A stretch of DNA of 11,358 nucleotides, from positions 1-11,358 of the forward strand of contig JBKPAK010000304.1 of NCBI GenBank assembly GCA_046726415.1, written 5' to 3'. Every line of letters starts with the position of its first letter. The first letter of the stretch is position 1. The notes beneath the pieces are model-generated. The model saw nothing but the letters and a program-made list of their open reading frames with translations. It did no database searches and had not been told where the DNA came from. The position numbers and the translations under genes were made by a program. The stretch comes from Candidatus Methylomirabilota bacterium (GTDB lineage Bacteria; Methylomirabilota; Methylomirabilia; Rokubacteriales; CSP1-6). This document shows positions 1-7,533 of the stretch, in pieces.

Positions 1-109
1 GTGGATCCTGCCGAATCCCAGCGGGCTCAATGCGCACTATCAGGCGGCCGACCTGACGCGGCTCTTCCGCCAGCTCCGCGAAGCGGTCCCGCGACGAGCG
101 GGATGCTGA
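1..109 (+). CDS. mug: G/U mismatch-specific uracil-DNA glycosylase (Mug/TDG family), 3' end only
   Basis: Not in the ORF track. The frame starting at base 2 reads WILPNPSGLNAHYQAADLTRLFRQLREAVPRRAGC* (TGA 107-109). W-x-LPNPSGLN is the C-terminal signature of Mug-type glycosylases. Confidence 0.85.
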   Translation, partial: WILPNPSGLNAHYQAADLTRLFRQLREAVPRRAGC

Positions 110-216
110 AGACATCTTCGAACCTCGCTCGGCCGGAGTCCACGCGGGTTGCACTCCGTGATTGATTGACCCCGGCGACGTCATCGCGCAACATGAAGCC
201 GGGACCGCACACGGCC

Positions 217-630
217 ATGCGCTATCGACACCTGAGTTACCGCTACGCGATCGTCGTCTACTCCCCGCAGGCCTGGCCGTTCGGCGACATTGGGAAGAGC
301 GATCGCCTGCGCCTTCTCGGACCCGCTCGCTGGCGGCCCGACGCGGATATGTACGAGACCGCCACCAAGGTCGAGGTCGTGGTGGATCTCGCCGGTGTCG
401 CGGAAGACGACTTCGAGATCCAGCTGTTCGAGGACGCGCTCATCATCGAAGGGCACCGCCAGCTTCCGACGTGCGAGGAGGGGGCCGTGTACCACGCGGC
501 GGGCATTCACCAGGGTCCGTTCCGGATAGAGTTGCCCCTGCCGGCGCTCGTGAACCCCGAGCACGTAGAACCGCGTTACGAGCGCGGCCTGCTGCGCATC
601 ACGCTGCCCAAGCTTGCGGAGACCGGTTGA
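217..630 (+). CDS. Hsp20/alpha-crystallin family small heat-shock protein (137 aa), coupled to lon
   Basis: Alpha-crystallin pattern WRPDADMYET..VVVDLAGV..FEDALIIEGHR..GPFRIELPLP..YERGLLRITLPK. Start is uncertain: in-frame TTG 166, ATG 193 or ATG 217. Its TGA (628-630) overlaps the lon ATG. Confidence 0.88.
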   Translation: MRYRHLSYRYAIVVYSPQAWPFGDIGKSDRLRLLGPARWRPDADMYETATKVEVVVDLAGVAEDDFEIQLFEDALIIEGHRQLPTCEEGAVYHAAGIHQGPFRIELPLPALVNPEHVEPRYERGLLRITLPKLAETG

Positions 631-3086
631 TGGCTGTCCAGTCTGGCCCTGGCCCAGGGGACTTCGTCATTCCCGATGCGCTTCCGGTACTGCCGCTCCG
701 GGAGGGGGTGGTGTTCCCGTTGACCGCTGTCCCGCTCATGGTGGGGCAGCCGCGCTCGGTACGGCTCGTCGACGATGTGATGCGCGGCAACCGCCTGCTG
801 GCCCTGGTGGCGCAGCGCGATGCCAAGGTGGAGCCGGCGAGCGCGGCAGACCTCCACCGCGTGGGGACCGTGGGAATGATCCACCAGCTGGCTCGGGGTC
901 CCGACGGCAACGTCCGCCTCATGGTCCAGGGCATCGAGCGGATCCGGTTGCTGGACACCATCGGAACGGACCCGTACCTGGTCGCGCGGATCGAGGCGGC
1001 TCCCGATCAGATGACCGAAGCCACGGAGGTCGATGGCCTGCGCCGCGCGGTGGCGGATATCTTCGGCCGGATGGTGACCGTGTCCCAGGATCTTCCCGAC
1101 GAGCTGGCCACCGCCGTACAGAACCTCGCCGATGCGCGCCATGTGGTCTATTTCATCGCCTCGGTGATTCCCCTCGACGTGCCCGTGCGGCAGGAGCTCC
1201 TCGAGCTGGATCCGATCACCGCCAAGCTTCGCCGACTGGTCGATCTGCTGCAGCGCGAGCTGGCCGTGCGCGAGCTGGGCCGGAAGATCACGACGGACAC
1301 CGAGGAGCGGCTGTCCAAGAAGCAGCGGGAGTTCTATTTGCGTGAGCAGCTCCGATCCATTCAACGGGAGCTCGGCGAAGAGGAGGGCGGCGACACGCAA
1401 GTCGCCGAGCTCCGACGCCGGATCGAGGAAGCCGGTCTGCCGGACGAGGCTCGGCGTGAGGCGGAGCGCGAGCTGGCCCGCCTCGCTGGCATCCCGCCCG
1501 CCTCCCCCGAGCACGGCATGATCGCCACGTATCTCGAGTGGATGGCCAGCCTGCCCTGGAGCAAGCTCAGTGGCGGAACCATCGACATCCACCGGGCCCG
1601 TCAGGTGCTGGACGAGGATCACTTCGATCTCGAGAAGATCAAGGACCGAATTCTCGAGTACCTGGCCGTCAAGAAACTCCGTCAGGAACGCGAGGACCGG
1701 ACAGGCCATCCCGATCCGGCGGAGAGCCCGGTGCCCGCTGAGCCGCCGCGCGTCACGGGGGACCCGCCAGCGCGCGAGCCGATCCTCTGCTTCGTGGGGC
1801 CGCCGGGGGTAGGGAAAACCAGTCTCGGCCAGAGCATTGCTCGAGCCCTGGGCCGGCGGTTCGTGCGCATGTCGCTGGGCGGGGTGCGCGATGAAGCGGA
1901 GATTCGAGGCCACCGGCGGACCTACATCGGGGCCATGCCCGGCCGCATCATCCAGGGGCTCCGGAGAGCCGAGACCCGCGATCCCGTCTTCATGCTCGAC
2001 GAGATCGACAAGATCGGGGCGGACTGGCGGGGCGATCCGTCCTCGGCGCTCCTAGAGGTGCTGGACCCGGCCCAGAACAACACGTTTGTCGACAACTACC
2101 TGGGGGTGTCGTTCGACCTCTCGCAGGTCCTGTTCATCGCCACCGCCAACACGCTCGACACGATTCCCGGACCTCTGCGCGATCGGATGGAGATTCTGAC
2201 GCTCTCCGGGTACACGGATGAGGAGAAGATCGGGATCGCCAAGGAGTATCTGATCCCCAAGCAGCTCGCCGCGCATGGCCTGGCCAAGGACGAGCTCTCG
2301 TTCGAACCCGAAGCGCTTCGCCAGATCGTGCGGGGGTACACCCGTGAGGCTGGGGTGCGGAACCTGGAGCGGGAGATCGCCGCCGTGGCCCGGAAGGTGG
2401 CCCGTCGGCTGGCCGAGGGACAGCGCGAGCCAGTCCGGATCACCGCCGACAACGTCGCCGAGTATCTCGGCCGACCGCGATTCTTCGACGAGGTGGCCGA
2501 GCGGACCACGCGGCCCGGAGTGGCCACGGGCCTGGCCTGGACGCCGACCGGAGGCGATGTCCTGTTCGTCGAAGTCACCATGATGCCCAGCAGCGAAGAG
2601 CGGCTCGTGCTCACCGGCATGCTGGGGGACGTCATGCGCGAGAGCGCGCAGGCCGCAGTCTCCTACGTGTGGTCCAACGCGGAGGCGCTGGACATCGATC
2701 CCAAGCTCTTCGAGAACAAAACCATCCACGTGCACGTGCCGGCGGGGGCGATTCCCAAGGACGGGCCCTCGGCCGGAGTCACCATCATGACGGCGCTGGC
2801 TTCGCTGGCCACGCGGAGGCCGGTGCGCCGCGACGTGGCCATGACCGGGGAGATCACTCTTCGCGGGAAGGTGCTTCCCGTGGGGGGCATCAAGGAGAAG
2901 GTCCTGGCCGCGCATCGGGCGGGCATCCGTTCCGTGATCTTGCCGAGCCGGAACGAGCGCGACGTCGAGGACGTGCCACCGGAGCTCCGCGGGCAACTCT
3001 CCTTCATCTTCGTCGAGGATGCGGAAGAGGTTCTGCGACACGCCCTCACGTCATCCGAAGCCGAGGTGAGCCGCCCGGCACGGTGA
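630..3086 (+). CDS. lon: ATP-dependent Lon protease (LonA type, 818 aa)
   Basis: N-domain [23 protein letters not shown], Walker [20 protein letters not shown], Walker B FMLDEIDK, catalytic Ser in PKDGPSAG and Lys in GGIKEK. The start is taken as ATG 630 (TGATG overlap), not TTG 162. Confidence 0.97.
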   Translation: MAVQSGPGPGDFVIPDALPVLPLREGVVFPLTAVPLMVGQPRSVRLVDDVMRGNRLLALVAQRDAKVEPASAADLHRVGTVGMIHQLARGPDGNVRLMVQGIERIRLLDTIGTDPYLVARIEAAPDQMTEATEVDGLRRAVADIFGRMVTVSQDLPDELATAVQNLADARHVVYFIASVIPLDVPVRQELLELDPITAKLRRLVDLLQRELAVRELGRKITTDTEERLSKKQREFYLREQLRSIQRELGEEEGGDTQVAELRRRIEEAGLPDEARREAERELARLAGIPPASPEHGMIATYLEWMASLPWSKLSGGTIDIHRARQVLDEDHFDLEKIKDRILEYLAVKKLRQEREDRTGHPDPAESPVPAEPPRVTGDPPAREPILCFVGPPGVGKTSLGQSIARALGRRFVRMSLGGVRDEAEIRGHRRTYIGAMPGRIIQGLRRAETRDPVFMLDEIDKIGADWRGDPSSALLEVLDPAQNNTFVDNYLGVSFDLSQVLFIATANTLDTIPGPLRDRMEILTLSGYTDEEKIGIAKEYLIPKQLAAHGLAKDELSFEPEALRQIVRGYTREAGVRNLEREIAAVARKVARRLAEGQREPVRITADNVAEYLGRPRFFDEVAERTTRPGVATGLAWTPTGGDVLFVEVTMMPSSEERLVLTGMLGDVMRESAQAAVSYVWSNAEALDIDPKLFENKTIHVHVPAGAIPKDGPSAGVTIMTALASLATRRPVRRDVAMTGEITLRGKVLPVGGIKEKVLAAHRAGIRSVILPSRNERDVEDVPPELRGQLSFIFVEDAEEVLRHALTSSEAEVSRPAR

Positions 3087-3111
3087 GGAGCGCCCGGAGT
3101 CGAAGCTTCGC

Positions 3112-3351
3112 ATGATCCGCGCGCTGCTCCTCGCCTTCATTCCCCTGTTACTCGCGATGATGCTGCTGGTGGTGGTGTCGCACGGACACTTCCTCCGTCT
3201 CACGCTGCGGCGGCGAGTACTCGCCGGGGGCCGGATGCGGACAGAAAGCCGTGTCGTACGACTGAACAGGACATGCCCACGTTGCGAGGCGCTCTCAGCC
3301 CGTCTGATCAGCTCATCGCGGCATTCAGGACCAGCGTACGGGGGCTTCTGA
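3112..3351 (+). CDS. Putative small membrane or secreted hypothetical protein
   Basis: Starts 25 nt after the lon stop. It has a 23-aa hydrophobic N-terminus ([23 protein letters not shown]) with GC-rich third positions, a GGAG at 3096-3099 (12 nt upstream, rather far), and a CPRC later. The C-terminal half looks less coding-like. Confidence 0.35.
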   Translation: MIRALLLAFIPLLLAMMLLVVVSHGHFLRLTLRRRVLAGGRMRTESRVVRLNRTCPRCEALSARLISSSRHSGPAYGGF

Positions 3352-3452
3352 TCGCGGCTCGGTGAGCGGTTCTGCTTCCAAGGCCGGGAGCGCTAGCATT
3401 GGGGGACCCTACCCCGGCCCGGCCCGCCGGCTCGATGTGGCACTGAGGACCT

Positions 3453-5633
3453 TCAGGGCCGCACGAGGAGTTCGGCGGCGCCCGTTCGTTCCAGCAGCTC
3501 TACCGCCGCGTTCTCCCTTCCGTGGGAAACTCGAATGGCGACGCGCGAGTCGCGGAGCCGCAGGCCGTGCAACTCCATCCAGCCGAGCCACGGAGGAAGC
3601 CGAGGGGAGTTAAGTGTCAACCGATTTCGCGCGGCTTCGGCGCGGAGTCCCAGCATGGCGTGGACAAGGTGGAACGCCACGCCCGCCGACCACGCCTGTG
3701 GCGAGCAGGCGACGGGAAATCGAGTGGGCCCCTGGCCCTCCACGCGGTCAAGCCCGCAAAACAATTCGGGCATCCGCAGTTCGTCGAAGTGTTGCACGGC
3801 CTGGAAGAGGGCCGTCGTCAGAGTGACGCAGTCATCGCCGAAACCGTAGCGACGCAGGCCGGCCGCGGCCAGCGCCGTATCGTGAGGCCACACCGAGCCG
3901 TTGTGATAACTCATGGGGTTGTAGCGCGGCATTCCCGCGGACAGGGTTCGCAGCCCCCAGCCCGTGAACATGTCCTCGGCCATGAGGCGCCGCGCAAGCT
4001 TCGGGGCTCGATCAGCGCTCACGATGCCTGTCCACAGACAGTGCCCAGGGTTGGACGTCACGACTCGACATGACCCCGCCGCGTCAACGGCGAGGGCGTA
4101 GCATGTCTCGTCTTCCATCCAAAAGACCCTCTCAAAGCGCTCGCGCAGATCGTTTGCCCGAGACCGCAGGGTCGTCGCCATCGCGCCCTTTCCGATGAGG
4201 GGGGCCACCCCGGCGATCCCGAGAAGCGCAGCGTACTGATAGCCCTGGACTTCCGCGAGGGCAATCGGCGGCTGAGCGAGCTCACCGGAGGCGTGCATGA
4301 TGGCGTCTCGAGAGTCCTTCCAACCCTGATTCTCGAGGCCGACCGGCGAGCGCCGTCGATACCGGAGGAACCCCTGCGCGTCGCGGGCGTCACTGTCGAG
4401 GAGCCAGGCGAGGGCTCGCTCCGCCGCGGGCCACAGCTCGCGCAGGAAGGTGAGATCGTGCGTCCAGCGGACATACTCGGAGAGGAGCATGAGGAAGAGC
4501 GGGGTCGCGTCCACCGCGCCGTAGTACGGGATGTACGGAATCTCGCGACAGGCCGCCAGTTCACCACCCCGATATTCGTGAAGGATCTTGCCGGGCTGCT
4601 GGTCGGTGAACGCATCGTCTTCGGTCGCCTGGTGGCGCGCGAGAAAGCGCAACGTCCCCCGCGCGATCTCGGGCTCGAACGGGAGGACCTGCAAGGCCGT
4701 GATCAGACTGTCCCGTCCGAAGGGTGCCACGTACCAAGGGATGCCGGCATCCGGCACGAAGCCTTCGGGGGTCTCCGTGAGGAGCAGGTTCAAGTCCCGA
4801 CGCGCCCGCTCGCACCACAGGTTGAACAGGCCGTGATCGGTCACCACGCGAGCGGCATCGCCCTGGAGGCGGTTCACGACGTCGCGACGACCGGCCACCG
4901 CCGCCGTCCAGTCGAGCGACGGCGGCGGCGTCACTCCGGAGTGGTGGGCCATCACTCGCATCGTGATCTCCACGCGACCGCGGGGCGCCAGGGACAATAC
5001 ATAGCGCGGGCTGCCCGCCTCGAGGGTATGAGGGGGCGGATCGAACTCCAGTCGGGTGATGCGGACGACGCGGTCGAGACCTTGGTAGGAAAGTTCCAGG
5101 GCGGTGCCGTCCGCCCGGACAGGCAGCAACGTGCCACGTCGCGGGCGCCGGTGTCCCCGCACTTCAAAGACGTCCACGAAGTCGGCGCCGAGGTGCCAGG
5201 CCAGGACGAGATCGTACAGCCGGGCCGCGAAGTTCTCAACGCGGACGACCTGATGGAGCTGCCGCTGGTAGACGACGAGCCGCCGGGACATGCGAAGCGA
5301 CTGTCCGGGCAGTATCACCTGTGTGCCGTCGAGAATGTCCGGATTGGTGAGCTCGATAGCCCCCTCGAGCGCGTCGTCGGAGACGGTCGCGTTGAGGAGC
5401 AGCGGACGCCAGCCGTGTACCCGGAGCTCGGCCTGCTGCAGGAAACGCGTCCCGTCGGCGTAGAAGCCGAACTCTGCGCCGGACACCCCAAGCACGTCTC
5501 CGCCCGGCACGCCGAGCACGTCGCCGCGGCGATCGGCGACGAGGAAGGCGTCGTCGTGCTTGAGGGTGAGCTTGGGAAGGTCGGCGGCGAGACTGGCCCG
5601 CAAAATCGGATCGAGGGGCTCCGACTCGCTCAC
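3453..5633 (-). CDS. Amylo-alpha-1,6-glucosidase / glycogen-debranching-enzyme family protein (GDE N-terminal domain plus (alpha/alpha)6 catalytic domain, 726 aa)
   Basis: Motifs DFVDVFEVRG, AGIPWYVAPFGRDSLI, PGKILHE, YYGAVDATPLF, NQGWKDS, AEVQGY, YNPMSYHNGSVWPHD, PELFCG, PVACSPQAW. The GTG start overlaps the upstream gene's TGA (GTGA, 5633-5630). Confidence 0.92.
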   Translation of the reverse strand: MSESEPLDPILRASLAADLPKLTLKHDDAFLVADRRGDVLGVPGGDVLGVSGAEFGFYADGTRFLQQAELRVHGWRPLLLNATVSDDALEGAIELTNPDILDGTQVILPGQSLRMSRRLVVYQRQLHQVVRVENFAARLYDLVLAWHLGADFVDVFEVRGHRRPRRGTLLPVRADGTALELSYQGLDRVVRITRLEFDPPPHTLEAGSPRYVLSLAPRGRVEITMRVMAHHSGVTPPPSLDWTAAVAGRRDVVNRLQGDAARVVTDHGLFNLWCERARRDLNLLLTETPEGFVPDAGIPWYVAPFGRDSLITALQVLPFEPEIARGTLRFLARHQATEDDAFTDQQPGKILHEYRGGELAACREIPYIPYYGAVDATPLFLMLLSEYVRWTHDLTFLRELWPAAERALAWLLDSDARDAQGFLRYRRRSPVGLENQGWKDSRDAIMHASGELAQPPIALAEVQGYQYAALLGIAGVAPLIGKGAMATTLRSRANDLRERFERVFWMEDETCYALAVDAAGSCRVVTSNPGHCLWTGIVSADRAPKLARRLMAEDMFTGWGLRTLSAGMPRYNPMSYHNGSVWPHDTALAAAGLRRYGFGDDCVTLTTALFQAVQHFDELRMPELFCGLDRVEGQGPTRFPVACSPQAWSAGVAFHLVHAMLGLRAEAARNRLTLNSPRLPPWLGWMELHGLRLRDSRVAIRVSHGRENAAVELLERTGAAELLVRP
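5478..5525 (-). repeat. In-frame 24-bp tandem duplication (GDVLGVPG/GDVLGVSG) within the glucosidase N-terminus
   Basis: The minus strand reads ggcgacgtgctcggcgtgccgggc then ggagacgtgcttggggtgtccggc, 19/24 identical. Confidence 0.85.
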
Positions 5634-6673
5634 GCGGCCTGGTCTAGAGAGACGAGCTGACGATAGAGCCGCTCGTAGTCGTCACACATCCGCTCCACCG
5701 TGAAGCGCGCTTCGACATGGCGACGGCATGCCTCGCGTTCGATGGTGTCGACGCGCTTCACGGCCTCCACGAGCTCGTCGAGCGTGTCGCCGATGAAACC
5801 CGTGTGACCGGCGACCACCACCTCCGGGACCGATCCGCACGATCGCGCGATGACGGGCGTCCCGCACGCCATGGCCTCGATCATAACCAGGCCGAATGGC
5901 TCCGGCCAGTCCACCGGAAAGAGCAGGGCCAGCGCCTCCCCGAGAAACTGCGGCTTCGCCTGGTCGTCGATCTCACCGACGAACTCGACGAGCGGATGAT
6001 CGAGGATCGGGCGGATCTGTTGCTCGAAATAGTTCTGGTCCGCCGGATCGACCTTGGCCGCGACCTTCAGGGGAAGCCCTACCCGCTGGGCCACAGCGAT
6101 GGCCAGGTCGAGCCGCTTCTCCGGTGCGATGCGGCCAAGGAAGGCGAGGTAGCGCCCGGGGCCCCGGGAGTAGGGGTACCGATCAAGGGGAATCCCGTGG
6201 TGGATGCTCGCGGCCCAGGGCAGCCGGAGTCCGGCAAGGGGCGTCCGCTGGGCATCGCTGATGGACACGAGGGGGACTCCGCGGAAGAACCGGAACACGG
6301 GCACGAGAAACGGCAGGTCCAGTCGCCCATGGAGCGTGTGAAGCGTGGGTGTCCGGATGAGGTGCGTGAACGGGAAGGCCAGATAGTCAACGTGGCTGTG
6401 GATGACGTCGAATCCGGCCGCTCGCTCGAGCACCTGCCCCAGCTCCACGATGTGGGCGCTGAGCGGGTCGGGGGATGTCGGATCGAGACGCAGAGCCTTC
6501 GCACTCGGGCTGACTAGCCTTGCGGTGGTTTGCGAATCGCCGCTCGCAAAGAGCGTCACGTCGTGCCCCCGCCGGACCAGCTCTTCGGTGAGGTAGCCGA
6601 CTATTCGCTCCGTCCCCCCATAGAGGCGGGGTGGAACGCGTTCATACAGTGGTGCGACTTGTGCGATCCGCAA
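5630..6673 (-). CDS. Glycosyltransferase family 4 protein (GT-B fold, 347 aa)
   Basis: MRIAQVAPLYERVPPRLYGGTERIV..GHDVTLFASGDS, FLGRIAPEKR, and the E-x7-E motif EPFGLVMIEAMACGTPV. TTG start with GGAG 6 nt upstream (6683-6680). Confidence 0.95.
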   Translation of the reverse strand: MRIAQVAPLYERVPPRLYGGTERIVGYLTEELVRRGHDVTLFASGDSQTTARLVSPSAKALRLDPTSPDPLSAHIVELGQVLERAAGFDVIHSHVDYLAFPFTHLIRTPTLHTLHGRLDLPFLVPVFRFFRGVPLVSISDAQRTPLAGLRLPWAASIHHGIPLDRYPYSRGPGRYLAFLGRIAPEKRLDLAIAVAQRVGLPLKVAAKVDPADQNYFEQQIRPILDHPLVEFVGEIDDQAKPQFLGEALALLFPVDWPEPFGLVMIEAMACGTPVIARSCGSVPEVVVAGHTGFIGDTLDELVEAVKRVDTIEREACRRHVEARFTVERMCDDYERLYRQLVSLDQAA

Positions 6674-6804
6674 GGCCTTCTCCAGACTTCACTGCCGCGG
6701 GTCTCCACCCCGGCGTCTTTGGTTCAGGACTTCTCCTAGGCTTATAGCAAACGATACCACCGCCGCGACTCACTCCGTGTTAGCCGCGCCTCATACGGTG
6801 GTAG

Positions 6805-6820
6805 GGCAATCCGAATGCCG
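6805..6820 (-). promoter_or_regulatory. Candidate sigma54 (-24/-12) promoter for the GT4-glucosidase operon
   Basis: The minus strand reads CGGCATTCGGATTGCC: GG(6819-6818)-N10-GC(6807-6806) with GGCA and TTGC, about 130 bp upstream of the GT4 start. Confidence 0.5.
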
Positions 6821-7078
6821 ACGAGGCGCAGGCCGCGTCGGTGAGGACGATCATCGTCTCGGCCCAGAGCCTTCGAGAGATGACGGCGTTGTCTCGCGCG
6901 GGCTGCACCCAGGTGAGCGGGTGTCGTCTTACTCGACGCCGATCATGCGAGCGGGCGACGTCAGTGGGCGTCGTCGGGTCTTGCCCTGCCTCTACCCGTT
7001 TGGGTGGGTCTTCACCCGATTCGATTCTCCGTGTCGGATGCCAACGCGGCAGCACCGGCGAAACAGCGCGCAACGAGT

Positions 7079-7095
7079 CTGGCGCCGCTCTTGCA
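7079..7095 (+). promoter_or_regulatory. Candidate sigma54 (-24/-12) promoter upstream of the release-factor-like pseudogene
   Basis: CTGGCGCCGCTCTTGCA: TGGC-N7-TTGCA with exact GG-N10-GC spacing, about 30 bp before ATG 7125. Confidence 0.65.
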
Positions 7096-7124
7096 CTATA
7101 CGAGCCGTAACGGGGCGTCTCTCC

Positions 7125-7339
7125 ATGTTGACCCTCGCAGAGACTACAACTCGACGAATTCGACGGACGCGGTGCACGGGTCCTCAGCGCGTACCTGGAT
7201 CTGGACCCCGCGCGGCAGGTTCGACGTCTCATCGGATCGCGTTCGCAGATCTGGTCAAGGAGCGTGCGAGCGGCTGGAGGAGCCCACCCGAGGCGACCTG
7301 ATGGGCGAAGCGATCCAGGCCGAGGCGTCCCGCGCTTAG
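7125..7339 (+). pseudogene. Frameshifted, truncated remnant resembling the N-terminus of a bacterial aeRF1-like (baeRF10/Vms1-type) release-factor homolog
   Basis: Joining frames gives MLTLAE / LQLDEFDGRGARVLSAYLDLDPARQVRR / SHRIAFADLVKE / ACERLEEPTRGDLMGEAIQAEASRA*, with shifts near 7143, 7226 and 7263. VLSxYLxxDP followed by an amphipathic helix matches my recollection of baeRF N-termini. It follows a sigma54 motif and GGGG (7112-7115). Confidence 0.55.
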
Positions 7340-7413
7340 CCCGCATTATTCATGAAGCCTCGTGGAACCCCGACAGTCTGGGGGCTCCGCGCTTCGTTCA
7401 TGAATAATGCGCG
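7340..7413. mobile_element. 74-bp MITE-like element with 17-bp terminal inverted repeats and a 4-bp TTAG target-site duplication (possibly IS1380-related ends)
   Basis: The left end CCCGCATTATTCATGAA (7340-7356) and the right end TTCATGAATAATGCGCG (7397-7413) are 16/17 complementary. TTAG flanks both sides (7336-7339, 7414-7417). An inner stem CGTGGAACCCC/GGGGCTCCGCG is also present. Confidence 0.8.
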
Positions 7414-7445
7414 TTAGTCGTCGGCCAAATCGCCTATGCGTCGCG

Positions 7446-7461
7446 TGGCGTCGGTCTTGCT
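7446..7461 (+). promoter_or_regulatory. Candidate sigma54 (-24/-12) promoter of the hsp20x3-dnaK-grpE operon
   Basis: TGGCGTCGGTCTTGCT: GG(7447-7448)-N10-GC(7459-7460). It is 13/16 identical to the motif at 7080-7095. Confidence 0.65.
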
Positions 7462-7533
7462 CCACACCCACTGGAGGTCGAGGGCGAGATCTCGATCCGA
7501 TCTGCTCTCACCGATCGGAATCAGCGCGGACAG

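Noticed and set aside
148..174. GTTGCACTC as a CIRCE half-site
   Set aside because: There is no GAGTGCTAA-like second arm 9 nt downstream.
162..629. 156-codon N-terminal extension of Lon (974-aa ORF), or an Hsp20-Lon frameshift fusion
   Set aside because: It is the -1 frame of hsp20, which is commonly stop-free in GC3-rich genes. The translation is Arg/Gly/Pro-rich with no recognisable motifs, there is no slippery heptamer, and the TGATG overlap explains the lon start.
576..3041. Long minus-strand ORFs 576..1913 and 2052..3041
   Set aside because: They are antisense mirrors of lon caused by codon bias and carry no motifs of their own.
3352..3452. Intrinsic terminator between the convergent operons
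   Set aside because: Only weak GC-rich stems are present, with no U-tract on either strand.
4293..6517. Plus-strand ORFs 4293..5660 and 5717..6517
   Set aside because: They are antisense shadows of the glucosidase and GT4 genes.
6741..6759. Minus-strand TGGTATCGTTTGCTATAAG as a sigma54 or extended -10 promoter
   Set aside because: GG-to-GC spacing is 8 rather than 10, and TATAAG lacks the conserved final T. It is too ambiguous to call.
6777..7346. ORFs 6777..7301, 7004..7339 and full-length 6780..7346 as intact genes
   Set aside because: They span promoter motifs and pieces of the frameshifted pseudogene, and none gives a coherent protein end to end.
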